A stretch of 64,000 nucleotides of DNA. Origin: an uncultured beta proteobacterium (GTDB lineage Bacteria; Pseudomonadota; Gammaproteobacteria; Burkholderiales; Casimicrobiaceae). Both the position numbers and the translations under genes were made by a program. The notes under the pieces are model-generated. The model saw nothing but the letters and a program-made list of their open reading frames with translations. It did no database searches and was not told where the DNA came from. The stretch covers positions 105,063 through 169,062 of the forward strand of contig CAVSDL010000008.1 of NCBI GenBank assembly GCA_963726775.1, given 5' to 3'. Of this stretch, positions 34,692 through 43,947 are shown piece by piece; position 1 is the first letter of the stretch; each line of letters begins with the position of its first letter.

Positions 34692-34866
34692 AACTGACGA
34701 TCTCGCTACTCTTGTCCCCAGCGCCTAAGGTGAGCGTCAAATCCGCGTTGCGCTGCTTCAACTCAGCCGCCGTCTGCGTCAGCATTTCCTTCTGTACCGC
34801 GCGCTCAATGAATTTCGATAGATCGCCTTTTTTCATGCCGTGCTCCCGAGGTACGCGTATGTCCAC
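34684..34866 (-). CDS. Small hypothetical ORF, possibly a ribbon-helix-helix antitoxin remnant
   Basis: The 60-aa ORF VDIRVPREHGMKKGDLSKFIERAVQKEMLTQ loosely resembles an RHH strand-helix pattern. It lies downstream of the BrnT-like fragment and overlaps the HNH gene start by 8 nt. Support is weak. Confidence 0.2.
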   Translation of the reverse strand: MDIRVPREHGMKKGDLSKFIERAVQKEMLTQTAAELKQRNADLTLTLGAGDKSSEIVSCE

Positions 34867-34997
34867 CGAATTCCGCCGGCATCACGAGTCCACCCAACAG
34901 AGAGCCATCCTCAAGTAATCGGCGGTCCGAATTTGCCGGAGCAGGTCAACGCGGCCACAAGCGCAAGATATTTCACCACCCGCCTCACACACAGAAA

Positions 34998-35072
34998 TCA
35001 GGACACTCCCCCAGGCCTGTTCGCATTTGCCACTGCCTTACGTTCGTCCCACTCGAAACGAAGCGTGCTCAT
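34998..35072 (-). pseudogene. Truncated BrnT-like toxin fragment
   Basis: MSTLRFEWDERKAVANANRPGGVS followed by a stop. It matches the conserved BrnT N-terminus (FEWDe.KA..N..KHGVSF) but ends after 24 codons. Confidence 0.4.
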
Positions 35073-35080
35073 ACCGAGAC

Positions 35081-35102
35081 TATAACTACATATATAGTTA
35101 TA
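35081..35102. promoter_or_regulatory. AT-rich perfect palindrome (operator-like) just upstream of the BrnT-like fragment
   Basis: tataacta catata tagttata has 8-bp perfect arms. It lies 9 nt upstream of the fragment ATG and is the most AT-rich spot in the window. Confidence 0.3.
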
Positions 35103-35127
35103 ACGCGATGAACTCCGTCGTTGGCGG

Positions 35128-36393
35128 CTATTGAAGCCCGTTTGTGCCCGACCGCATCTGCTGCAGATACCAGCGGATGAACGCGTCGACGTTGTACTCC
35201 TTGCGCTGCGACAGCGGTCCCGGCTCGTAGCCGATCGAATCGACACCCTTCTGCTGCCACTTGCAGATTTCCCAGTCCTGCTCGTTGGTGAGATGCCAGA
35301 ACGGCAGCAGGCGCTCGAGCTGGTAGTCCTGGCCTTCCCGCGCGTCCTGGTGCACCAGCCAGTAGCTGCGCATCCTTGTTGCGCGCAGTCCGGCCGGCAG
35401 CATGCGGGTGACGACCGCGTGGTCGCAGTTCGCGTGCAGCCAGAAATTCGGCAGGCTGCGCATCCGCAGAACGCCGACGTCGGCGTCGCGGTAATCGCCC
35501 ATCAGCGGGGCGACGCGCTGCCCGTCCATCGATTCGGTATCGAAGTCCTCGGCCAGCGCAGTGCGATTGGAGGTGTACCACTCGTCGCGATCGGGATCCG
35601 GAAATGTGTGGAGCCCGCCCTTCGGATGCGCGGCGGCGTCACCCGGTACCGCCCACTTCGATTGTACACGCGCCAGCGCGGCGGCGATCTTCGCGCGGGT
35701 TGCCTCGGAAGCGTGCTCCTCTTCATAGATGTCGAAGTTGGACTTCACGTACTGCGGATGGCGGGCCGCACAGTGATAACACTCGCGGTTGTTCTCCCAC
35801 ACGAGTTTCCAGTTGGCGTCGACATCGTAGTCGGCAACGTGCGCGATCCGCGCGCGGTCGAATCCCTGCGGCGCGCCCGCCATCGTGAAACGTTCGCGCA
35901 GGCCGTCGAACGCGGGCGGCGTCGCGGCCAGCGAGACGTAGATCAGGCCGGAACAGACTTCCGCGTGCAGCGGCCGCAGGCCCAGCTTCGACTTGTCGAC
36001 GCCGTCGTGCATGCCTTGGCAGGCGATGAGTTCGCCCTGCCGCGAGTAGGTCCAGCTGTGATACGGGCAGACGAGCGCGCGGACGTGACCGGACTCCGTG
36101 CGACAGAGCTGCGTGCCGCGGTGCCGGCACACGTTGTGGAACGCCCGCACGGCGCCGCCGTCGTCGCGTATAACGAGCACGGGCGTTGCATCGACATCGA
36201 AGGTCAGGAAATCGCCGGGATTCGGAATCTCGAACGCGAACCCGGCAAACAGCCATCCGCCCCGCCAGATCTGCGCAAGCTCGGCGGCATAGAGCGCATC
36301 GGTGACATAGAACGAGCGCGGCATGCCTTGGCCTTCGCGGCGCGTGTCGAGCAGGGCCGCGAGCTCCGGGTCAAGTGGATGCAAACTGGACAT
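35128..36393 (-). CDS. Rieske [2Fe-2S] non-haem-iron oxygenase alpha subunit, GbcA-like (quaternary amine demethylating monooxygenase candidate)
   Basis: ORF 35128..36894 trimmed to the ATG at 36393 (MSSLHPLDPELAALL...). It has the Rieske motif CRHRGTQLC...CPYHSWTY and a catalytic domain with NNRECYHC. Its neighbours are betaine-catabolic genes. Confidence 0.82.
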   Translation of the reverse strand: MSSLHPLDPELAALLDTRREGQGMPRSFYVTDALYAAELAQIWRGGWLFAGFAFEIPNPGDFLTFDVDATPVLVIRDDGGAVRAFHNVCRHRGTQLCRTESGHVRALVCPYHSWTYSRQGELIACQGMHDGVDKSKLGLRPLHAEVCSGLIYVSLAATPPAFDGLRERFTMAGAPQGFDRARIAHVADYDVDANWKLVWENNRECYHCAARHPQYVKSNFDIYEEEHASEATRAKIAAALARVQSKWAVPGDAAAHPKGGLHTFPDPDRDEWYTSNRTALAEDFDTESMDGQRVAPLMGDYRDADVGVLRMRSLPNFWLHANCDHAVVTRMLPAGLRATRMRSYWLVHQDAREGQDYQLERLLPFWHLTNEQDWEICKWQQKGVDSIGYEPGPLSQRKEYNVDAFIRWYLQQMRSGTNGLQ

Positions 36394-36422
36394 CGTCGGG
36401 TCCTGGAATCGTGCAGTGGCGA

Positions 36423-38837
36423 TTACGCCAGAATCGCCTTGCGCTCGGGATCGTAGAGCGGCCGCGCATGGCGGACCGCCGGATGGCGCTCGCCCATGAC
36501 TTCGACCGCACATTCGGTGGCAAGCGGTTCGCTGGCGCTGACATAGGCGCAGAGGATGTTGCGGCCAATCGTGTAGCCGTATCCGGCGCTCGTGACCCGG
36601 CCGAGCACGCGGTCGCCGGCGACCACGATTTCGCCGCCGTACAGATTGAGCTCCGGGGGCGCGGTGAACCACGCGAGCTTCTGTTTCGGTCCACGGGCCT
36701 TCACTTCTGCCAGCGCGGCGCGAGCAAGGAATTCCCCCTTGTCCGGCGCGACGCAGAAACCGAGACCGGCCTCGTACGGGTTGTAATCCGGCGTGATGTC
36801 GGAGCCCCAGACGAGGTAGTGCTTCTCGAGGCGCAGGCTGTTGATCGCGCGATAGCCAACGTTGGCGATGCCGTGACGCAGGCCGGCGGCCCACAGCCGC
36901 TCGTAGAGATGGAGCGCGTATTCGACCGGCACGTGCAACTCGTAGCCGAGCTCGCCCAGATACGTGACGCGTAGCGCCAGCACCGGCGCATAGCCGAGAT
37001 CGAGCTCGCGCGCCTGCATGTACGCGAAGCTCGCGTTATCGAGCGGCGCGTCGGTGAGTTCGGCGAGCACGTCGCGCGAACGCGGTCCGCAAATGTTCAG
37101 CACCGCCTTCGCCGACGTGTGCTCGATGATTTCGACGCCGCCGTCAGGGGGCAAATGTCGCTCGATCGTCGAGCGGTCGCGCACGCCGAGCGCGCTGCCG
37201 GTGACGAAATAGAAGCGATTCTCGGCGAGTCGGGTGATCGTCACGTCGGCCTCGATTCCGCCGCGTTCGTTGCACAGTTGCGTGTAGACAATGGTGCCGG
37301 CCGGCCGGTCGAGGTCGTTGACGGCGAGCTTCTGCAGCAGCGACAGTGCGCCGGGACCGCGAATTTCGTATTTCGAGAACGAACTCATGTCGATCAGCGC
37401 CACGCGTTCGCGTACGGCACGGTGCTCGGTGGCGATCGCGTCGAAGGCCGGACCGCGCTCGAAGGAGGGTGTCTCGACGGCTGGCGTCCCCGAGGGAGTG
37501 AACCAGTTCGGCCGTTCCCAGCCGAACTTGCTGCCGTAGACCGCGCCGGCGCGCGCCAGCGTCTCGTAGAGCGGACTGCGTCGCACGTGACGGCCGGCAT
37601 CGGCATCGTAATTCGGCCACGCGATGTGATAGTAGCGGGCGTAGCTTTCGACGGCGCGCTCGTACATGAAATCCTTGACCGAGTGCGTCGCGCCGAAGCG
37701 GCGCACGTCGAACGGCCACAGATCGAGTCCCGGGTCGCCGTCGACGATCCAGTTCGCCATCACCCATCCGGCGCCGCCCGACGCCGCGATCCCGGAAGTC
37801 AGACCGCAGCACAGATAGAAGTTGTCGAGTTCGGGCGAGAGACCGATGATCGGCTCGCCGTCGGCGGTGATCGGGATCGGGCCGTTGATCATCTGGCGGA
37901 TGCCGATTTCGTTGAGCACAGGCAGCCGCGCCGCGGCTGCCTCGGCAAGCGGCGCGAAGCGGTCGAAGTCCGGTTGCAGCAATTCCGGACCGAAGTCGCG
38001 CGCGATGCCCTGCGCGCCCCAGGGTCGCGTATTCGTCTCCCACCCTCCGACCGCCAGCGCCCCGGGTTCCGGCTTCACGTAAAAGTTGCCGTCGGGGTCG
38101 CGCAGCGTCGGCAGGCCGGCAGGGATTCGTGCGGTCTTTTCGGTGACGAAATATTGGTGCTCGACGGCGCACGCCGGGACGCGCGTTCCGGCCATCGCGG
38201 CGATTTCGCGCCCCCACATCCCGGTGGCATTGATCACGCACTCGGCATCGATGTCGCCAGCATCGGTGACGACCGTGGCGACACGGCGTCCGACGCGTTT
38301 CAGGCCCGTCACGCGCACGCCCTGCAGCAGCGTCGCGCCGCCGGCACGCGCGCCGGCAGCGTAGGCGTTGGTCAGGCTCGTCGGATCGACGTAGCCGTCA
38401 CCGGCAATCCACGCGGCGCCGACCACACCTTTCGCTTCGAGCAGCGGGAACAGGTCGCGGGCTTGTTGCGGCGATACGAGTTCGACCTGGAAGCCGAATC
38501 CCCTGGCCATGGTGGCCGAGCGCCTGAGTTCCTGCCAGCGCGCCGGGGATGACGCGAGGCGCAGGCTGCCGACGCCGTGCCACCCGGTCGCCTGGCCGGT
38601 TTCGGCTTCGAGCTTGCCGTACAGCTCGGCGCCGTAGCGCATGATGCGCGTCAGGTTGCTGCTGCTGCGCAGCTGGCCGACAAGCCCGGCGGCATGCCAG
38701 GTCGCGCCGTGCGTGAGCTGCAGTCGCTCCAGCAGCACCACATCGCGTTCGCCGCGCTTGGCCAGATGGTAGGCGATGCTGCACCCGACGGCGCCACCGC
38801 CGATAATGACGATGCGGCATTTCCTGGGCACACGCAT
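36423..38837 (-). CDS. FAD-dependent dimethylglycine/sarcosine dehydrogenase family protein with GcvT-like folate domain (paralogue 1)
   Basis: ORF 36423..38837. It has IVIIGGGAVGCSIAYHLA, the covalent-FAD motif HGATWHAAGL, and a C-terminal aminomethyltransferase-like domain (RLEKHYLVWGSDITPDYNPYEAGL). Confidence 0.85.
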   Translation of the reverse strand: MRVPRKCRIVIIGGGAVGCSIAYHLAKRGERDVVLLERLQLTHGATWHAAGLVGQLRSSSNLTRIMRYGAELYGKLEAETGQATGWHGVGSLRLASSPARWQELRRSATMARGFGFQVELVSPQQARDLFPLLEAKGVVGAAWIAGDGYVDPTSLTNAYAAGARAGGATLLQGVRVTGLKRVGRRVATVVTDAGDIDAECVINATGMWGREIAAMAGTRVPACAVEHQYFVTEKTARIPAGLPTLRDPDGNFYVKPEPGALAVGGWETNTRPWGAQGIARDFGPELLQPDFDRFAPLAEAAAARLPVLNEIGIRQMINGPIPITADGEPIIGLSPELDNFYLCCGLTSGIAASGGAGWVMANWIVDGDPGLDLWPFDVRRFGATHSVKDFMYERAVESYARYYHIAWPNYDADAGRHVRRSPLYETLARAGAVYGSKFGWERPNWFTPSGTPAVETPSFERGPAFDAIATEHRAVRERVALIDMSSFSKYEIRGPGALSLLQKLAVNDLDRPAGTIVYTQLCNERGGIEADVTITRLAENRFYFVTGSALGVRDRSTIERHLPPDGGVEIIEHTSAKAVLNICGPRSRDVLAELTDAPLDNASFAYMQARELDLGYAPVLALRVTYLGELGYELHVPVEYALHLYERLWAAGLRHGIANVGYRAINSLRLEKHYLVWGSDITPDYNPYEAGLGFCVAPDKGEFLARAALAEVKARGPKQKLAWFTAPPELNLYGGEIVVAGDRVLGRVTSAGYGYTIGRNILCAYVSASEPLATECAVEVMGERHPAVRHARPLYDPERKAILA

Positions 38838-39111
38838 TCGAAGGGCTCTCTTTGGAATAAGCTCAGACTCGACTTTTCAACGGCGCAAAGCGTTGGGCCG
38901 GCGCGCGATCGCAATAAGTCGAATCTGACCCTCGTTCCGCTCGTTCCGCGCAATCTCAATCTTGCCGCGCAGCGCCGCTGCTCGCGGATGGCGTCGAATC
39001 TAGCACACAACGCGAACGGATCCTCAACGACCTTCGTCCGCGCTCTCCACGCGGCCGCATCGAGGTCGCAAATTGATCGCTGCGGAATTGCGCGATACCT
39101 GTCGCATAACG

Positions 39112-39254
39112 TGATGGTCGTCCTCGCGAACGCGGGAACCCGGCGACGTTTGACGCAACACTCTGGAGGGCTGCTCCTCGAAACTTCGCCGCTCACGCGG
39201 CTCGTTTTCCCGCGCCCGCAGAACGACGACACTTCTGCGGCCGTTGTCACTCGA
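39112..39254 (+). repeat. Intergenic palindromic repeat, family 1, copy B
   Basis: tgatggtcgtcctcgcgaacgcgggaaccc ... ctcgaaacttcgccgctcacgcggctcgttttcccgcgcccgcagaacgacgacacttctgcggccgttgtcactcgat. It aligns with copies A and C in the same orientation. Confidence 0.75.
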
Positions 39255-39423
39255 TGCGGTAGCGCTCGGTAGGGGCATTTTTTTACCGGTCGCGACGTTG
39301 CTTCGGGAATGGCGTCGAAATACAAAGCGGCGTCGCATACGGACCAGCCGCAGCATCGTCCCCTCACCATACTTCCGGCGACGTCCGCGTTGTGATTCCG
39401 GATGTCCGAAAACAGGAGAGCCC

Positions 39424-40992
39424 ATGGACGAGCAGCCGGCAGTCTCGCCGCGCACCCACCGCGCCGGCGGCCGCGAAGCCAAGCGCGCCGCCCGATCGGC
39501 GCGCGCCGGACTGGCGATGCCCTACATCACGCGCAAGATCGGCTACTACGAGGTGCTCGACGAAGAAGGCCTCGCGCTAATCGAGCGCAACGCCGATACC
39601 ATCCTGGCCGAAATCGGCATCGATTTCCGCGGCGATGCGGAAGCGCTGGACATCTGGAAGGCCGCCGGGGCGGATGTGCAGGGCGAGCGCGTGCGCTTTC
39701 CGCCGGGCCTGTGCCGCAGCATCGTCAAGGCGACCACGCCGTGCGATTTCGTGCAGCACGCGCGCAATCCGGCGCGCAGCGTTCCCATCGGCGGCAAGCA
39801 CACCGTTTTCGCGCCGTCCTACGGCTCCCCGTTCGTGCGCAGCCTCGACGACGGCCGACGCTACGCAACGATCGAGGACTTCCGCAACTTCGTGAAGCTT
39901 GCCTACCTGGCGCCGTCGCTGCACCACTCGGGCGGCACGATCTGCGAGCCGGTCGACCTGCCCGTGAACAAGCGCCATCTCGACATGGTGTACAGCCACA
40001 TGAAGTACAGCGACAAGCCGTTCATGGGGTCGGTGACGCACCCCGAACGGGCGCAGGATTCGGTCGAGATGGCGCGGATCCTGTTCGGGGACGATTTCAT
40101 CGATCCCGCGACCGGCAAGCCGAAGACGGTGATCATCAACCTGATCAACGCGAACTCGCCGCTGACCTTTGATGCCACGATGCTCGGCGCCCTCAAGGTT
40201 TATGCGCGCGCCAACCAGGCGTGCATCGTCACGCCGTTCATCCTCGCCGGCGCGATGTCGCCGGTCACGGTGGCCGGCACGACGGCGCAGACGCTCGCCG
40301 AAGCGCTGGCCGGCATGGCGTTCATCCAGCTCGTCGCCCCCGGGGCGCCCGCGGTCCTCGGAAGCTTCGCCTCGTCGCTGTCGATGCAATCCGGCGCGCC
40401 GACGTTCGGCTCGCCCGAGCCGGCGCTGGTGCTCTACGCGATGGCCGCGCTCGCCCGGCGCCTGGGGGTGCCATTTCGGTCGGGCGGCGCGCTGTGCGGC
40501 TCGAAGATCTCCGACGCCCAGGCGGCCTACGAGTCCGCAAATACGCTCGTTCCGACGTGCCTTGCCGGCGTCAATTTCGTGCTGCACACCGCGGGCTGGC
40601 TCGAGGGCGGCCTCGCGATGGGGTACGAGAAGTTCGTCATGGATGTCGACCAGGCGGGAATGATGCACACGCTGCTCGCCGGTGTCGACTTGTCCGAGAA
40701 CGGGCAGGCGATGGGCGCGATCCGCGAAGTCGGCCCCGGCAAGCATTTTCTCGGCTGCGCGCACACGCAGGCCAATTTCGAGACGGCGTTCTACCGGTCG
40801 CCGATCGCCGACAACAACAGCTACGAGCAGTGGGAAGCCGAGGGCAGCCAGGACTTGACGCAGCGCGCCAATACGAGCTGGAAGAAGCAACTCGCAGCGT
40901 ACGAAGCCCCGCCGCTCGATCCCGCCGTCGACGAGGCGCTGCAGGACTACATGAATCGCCGCAAGGCATCGTTTCCGGACTCGAAGTTCTGA
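39424..40992 (+). CDS. MttB-superfamily methyltransferase without pyrrolysine (quaternary amine:corrinoid methyltransferase candidate, MtgB-like)
   Basis: ORF 39244..40992 trimmed to the ATG at 39424 (MDEQPAVSPR...). It is MttB-like over its full length (YEVLDEEGLALIERNADTILAEIGIDF...SPLTFDATMLGALKVYARANQACIVTPFILAGAMSPVT...). There is no in-frame TAG. Confidence 0.85.
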   Translation: MDEQPAVSPRTHRAGGREAKRAARSARAGLAMPYITRKIGYYEVLDEEGLALIERNADTILAEIGIDFRGDAEALDIWKAAGADVQGERVRFPPGLCRSIVKATTPCDFVQHARNPARSVPIGGKHTVFAPSYGSPFVRSLDDGRRYATIEDFRNFVKLAYLAPSLHHSGGTICEPVDLPVNKRHLDMVYSHMKYSDKPFMGSVTHPERAQDSVEMARILFGDDFIDPATGKPKTVIINLINANSPLTFDATMLGALKVYARANQACIVTPFILAGAMSPVTVAGTTAQTLAEALAGMAFIQLVAPGAPAVLGSFASSLSMQSGAPTFGSPEPALVLYAMAALARRLGVPFRSGGALCGSKISDAQAAYESANTLVPTCLAGVNFVLHTAGWLEGGLAMGYEKFVMDVDQAGMMHTLLAGVDLSENGQAMGAIREVGPGKHFLGCAHTQANFETAFYRSPIADNNSYEQWEAEGSQDLTQRANTSWKKQLAAYEAPPLDPAVDEALQDYMNRRKASFPDSKF

Positions 40993-41033
40993 GTTGCCGC
41001 CCGCGAAACGATGGGCGCCTCATTGCTCCGATA

Positions 41034-42758
41034 TCAGCGTCGACGCCACGCCTGGGTCGTGCGATCGAGCCGGCGCGTAAGCAGGACATGGGCGATCTTC
41101 ACGGCGGTCGAGGTCGCGACAATGGTCATCGCCATCGCGGCGGCGGCGGCGGTGAAGCCGGATTCGTCCATGTTGATGATCGTGACCGAGGCGAGCTTGG
41201 TGTCCGTCGAATAGAGAAAGATCACGGCTGATACGGTGGTCATCGCGTTGACGAACAGGTAGATGCTGATGTCGAGCACGGCCGGCATGCAGATCGGCGC
41301 CGTCACTCTCGCCATCGTGCGCAGCAGCGAAACTTTCAGCGACGCGGACACGGACTCGAATTCGGTGTCGAGCTGCTTCAGCGCCGTGGTGGCTGTAAGG
41401 TGGCTGACCGTGTAGAAATGCGTGATCGAGTTGACCACCAGGATGATCATCGTCGCGTAGATGAAGCCGAGTGGATTGCTCTTCGCGTTGAAGAAAAAGA
41501 TGTAGGCGAGGCCGAGCACCAGGCCGGGCACCGCCATCGGCAGCATGGCCATGAACTGGGCGACGCCGCGCCCCCACGCGAAGCCGCGCGTCTTTTCCAG
41601 CAGATAGGCGCCCAGGAAGACAACGACGGTGCCGATCACGGCCGTCCACGACGCGAGGATCACCGAGTTCCAGTACGCGGCCCAGCCGTTGGTGTCGAAG
41701 TCGCCGAACGCGTAGTTCTTGAGCGTGAGCGCGAGGTTGTACGGCCAGCGGGTGACGACGGACCCCCAGGCGGCCGTGGCCAGCAGGACGAAGATCAAGC
41801 CGCCGACGACGGCGCAGAACGCGAACAGCCCCCAGTCCCGCCGCGGCTCCGGCTTGGGTTCCAGCGGCACGGCGCGCGCCGTCAGCAGCGCCACTTGGCG
41901 CCGCTGGATGATGCGGTCGGCGGCGAAGGCGGCCACCGCCGGGATCAGCAGGACGAAGCCAACCACCGCGCCCATCTCGAAATTCTGCTGGCCGATCACC
42001 TGCTTGAAGATGTCGGTGGCGAGCACGTTGAACTTCCCGCCGATGACCTTCGCGATGCCGAAATCGGTGATGACGAGCGTAAAGATGACGAAGCCCGCGC
42101 TCATCACGCCGTACTTGGCTCCGGGCAGAGTGACCGTGAAAAACACGCGCGTCTTGGAGGCGCCCAGCGCGTCGGCGGCCTCGTAGAGACGCGCATCGGC
42201 CATCGACAGCGAAGCGACCAGGATCATCATCGCGTGCGGGAAGCAGTAGAAGACCTGCGAGATCACGATGCCGATGGGGCCGTAGATCGAGCCGCCGAAC
42301 ATCAGGTCCTTGAGAAAACCCTGGTTGCCGAAAAGATAGATGAGCGATATCGACGGCAGCAAGGAGGGCGCCAGGATGGGAATCAGCGCCAGGGCCTGGA
42401 ACAGACCCTTCCAGCGGATGCAACTGCGCTGCAGCGCATAGGCGTAGACGAAGGCGAGCGGCAGCACGATCGCGGTGGAGAGTACGGCAATGAACAGGCT
42501 GTTCCACACCGAAGCAAACAGCGCCGGCGTGGAAAAATAGTGGATGTAGTTCGCAAGTCCGATGAATTCGCCGTTCTGGTTCTGGAAGCTCTTGGACAGG
42601 AGCGACCACAACGGCAGCAGCAGCGTGACCAGCATCCACCCGATCAGCAGGCCGATGCCCAGCCGCATCAGCACGTCGTCGCGGTCGAGCCGCCGGCGGG
42701 TCGCCGGAAACGATGCAGCGGCATTTGCGGCTGCGGCGGGTGCGGCCGCGCTCGTCAC
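41034..42758 (-). CDS. ABC transporter permease, fused two-domain type (Fe3+/2-aminoethylphosphonate/polyamine-like family)
   Basis: ORF 41034..42758 (574 aa) has about 12 TM helices and two repeated permease halves. Its start overlaps the ATPase stop (ATGA). Confidence 0.85.
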   Translation of the reverse strand: MTSAAAPAAAANAAASFPATRRRLDRDDVLMRLGIGLLIGWMLVTLLLPLWSLLSKSFQNQNGEFIGLANYIHYFSTPALFASVWNSLFIAVLSTAIVLPLAFVYAYALQRSCIRWKGLFQALALIPILAPSLLPSISLIYLFGNQGFLKDLMFGGSIYGPIGIVISQVFYCFPHAMMILVASLSMADARLYEAADALGASKTRVFFTVTLPGAKYGVMSAGFVIFTLVITDFGIAKVIGGKFNVLATDIFKQVIGQQNFEMGAVVGFVLLIPAVAAFAADRIIQRRQVALLTARAVPLEPKPEPRRDWGLFAFCAVVGGLIFVLLATAAWGSVVTRWPYNLALTLKNYAFGDFDTNGWAAYWNSVILASWTAVIGTVVVFLGAYLLEKTRGFAWGRGVAQFMAMLPMAVPGLVLGLAYIFFFNAKSNPLGFIYATMIILVVNSITHFYTVSHLTATTALKQLDTEFESVSASLKVSLLRTMARVTAPICMPAVLDISIYLFVNAMTTVSAVIFLYSTDTKLASVTIINMDESGFTAAAAAMAMTIVATSTAVKIAHVLLTRRLDRTTQAWRRR

Positions 42759-43864
42759 GGTTCCTGCGGCGCGCGGGGAAACACCCGGAGCCGGTCCGGC
42801 GGCAGCGCGATCAGCATCTCCTTGCCTTCGACGATCGAGAGATCGCGCACGACGTTGATCGAGAAATCGGCCACCAGCGCGGGGTCCGTGCCGTCGATCG
42901 AGAGGCCCACGCGGCAGAACGATCCCAGGAACTCGATCTCGGCAACGCGCGCCGTGAACGTGTTGGGATGGGTGGGGACGACGTTACGCACCACCACGTC
43001 CTCGGGCCGGATCGCCAGCGTGACGTCGTGGCCGGCGCCCGGGCGAACGTCCAGTTCGCAGGCGAGATCGATCTTGCCGAAGCGCACCTGGCCGGGTCCG
43101 ATCACCACGGCCGGCAGGAAATTGGTGGTGCCGACGAAATCGGCGACAAACGCGCTGGCGGGCTTGCGGTACACCTCGGTCGGCGTGCCGATCTGCTCGA
43201 TCACGCCCTCGTTCATCACCACGATGCGATCGGCCATCGTGAGCGCCTCTTCCTGGTCGTGCGTCACCATGATCGTGGTGACGCCCAGGCGCTGGTGCAG
43301 GCGGCGGATCTCGATGCGCAGATAGGCGCGCACGCGCGCGTCCAGCGCACTCAACGGTTCGTCGAGGAGCAGCAGGCCGGGCGACAGCGCGAGGGCGCGG
43401 GCCACGGCCACACGCTGCTGCTGGCCACCGGAAAGCTGGGCCGGATACTTGCGTCCGGAATCGGGCAAGCCGACGAGCCGCAGCAGATCGACGACGCGCG
43501 TGGCGATCTCGACCCTGGGCAGCCCGTGACTGACGAGGCCATACCCCACATTGGCGGCCACCGTGAGGTTCGGGAACAACGCGTAGGACTGGAAGACGAT
43601 GCCGAAATCGCGGCGCGACGCGGGCAGGTCCGAGATTTCCTTGTCGGCCTGAAAGATACGGCCCGAGGTCTGGATGTCGAGTCCGGCGATCGCGCGCAGC
43701 AGCGTCGTCTTGCCGCAGCCGGACGGTCCGAGGAAACACACGAACTCCCCCGGAAAGATATCGAGGGAGATGTCCTTCAGCGCGAAAAACGAACCGAACC
43801 GCTTCGTCAGCCGCTCGATCCGCAGGTACGGGACGCCGTTCGCCTTGACGCTCTCTTCAGGCAT
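42755..43864 (-). CDS. ABC transporter ATP-binding protein (PotA/FbpC-like with C-terminal regulatory domain)
   Basis: Motifs: Walker [12 protein letters not shown], signature [14 protein letters not shown], Walker [13 protein letters not shown]. Confidence 0.9.
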   Translation of the reverse strand: MPEESVKANGVPYLRIERLTKRFGSFFALKDISLDIFPGEFVCFLGPSGCGKTTLLRAIAGLDIQTSGRIFQADKEISDLPASRRDFGIVFQSYALFPNLTVAANVGYGLVSHGLPRVEIATRVVDLLRLVGLPDSGRKYPAQLSGGQQQRVAVARALALSPGLLLLDEPLSALDARVRAYLRIEIRRLHQRLGVTTIMVTHDQEEALTMADRIVVMNEGVIEQIGTPTEVYRKPASAFVADFVGTTNFLPAVVIGPGQVRFGKIDLACELDVRPGAGHDVTLAIRPEDVVVRNVVPTHPNTFTARVAEIEFLGSFCRVGLSIDGTDPALVADFSINVVRDLSIVEGKEMLIALPPDRLRVFPRAPQEP

Positions 43865-43947
43865 GGCAACAAATGCGGCCCGCGCCCTTCGCCATTTGCG
43901 AAGGCGAGGGCCGCATCGTTTCTACGCGCAATGCTCGGTCGCGGGCC

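Noticed and set aside
39424-40992. In-frame amber (pyrrolysine) codon in the MttB homologue
   Set aside because: The ORF is continuous with no internal TAG, so this is a non-Pyl member of the superfamily. No pyl genes are visible in the window.
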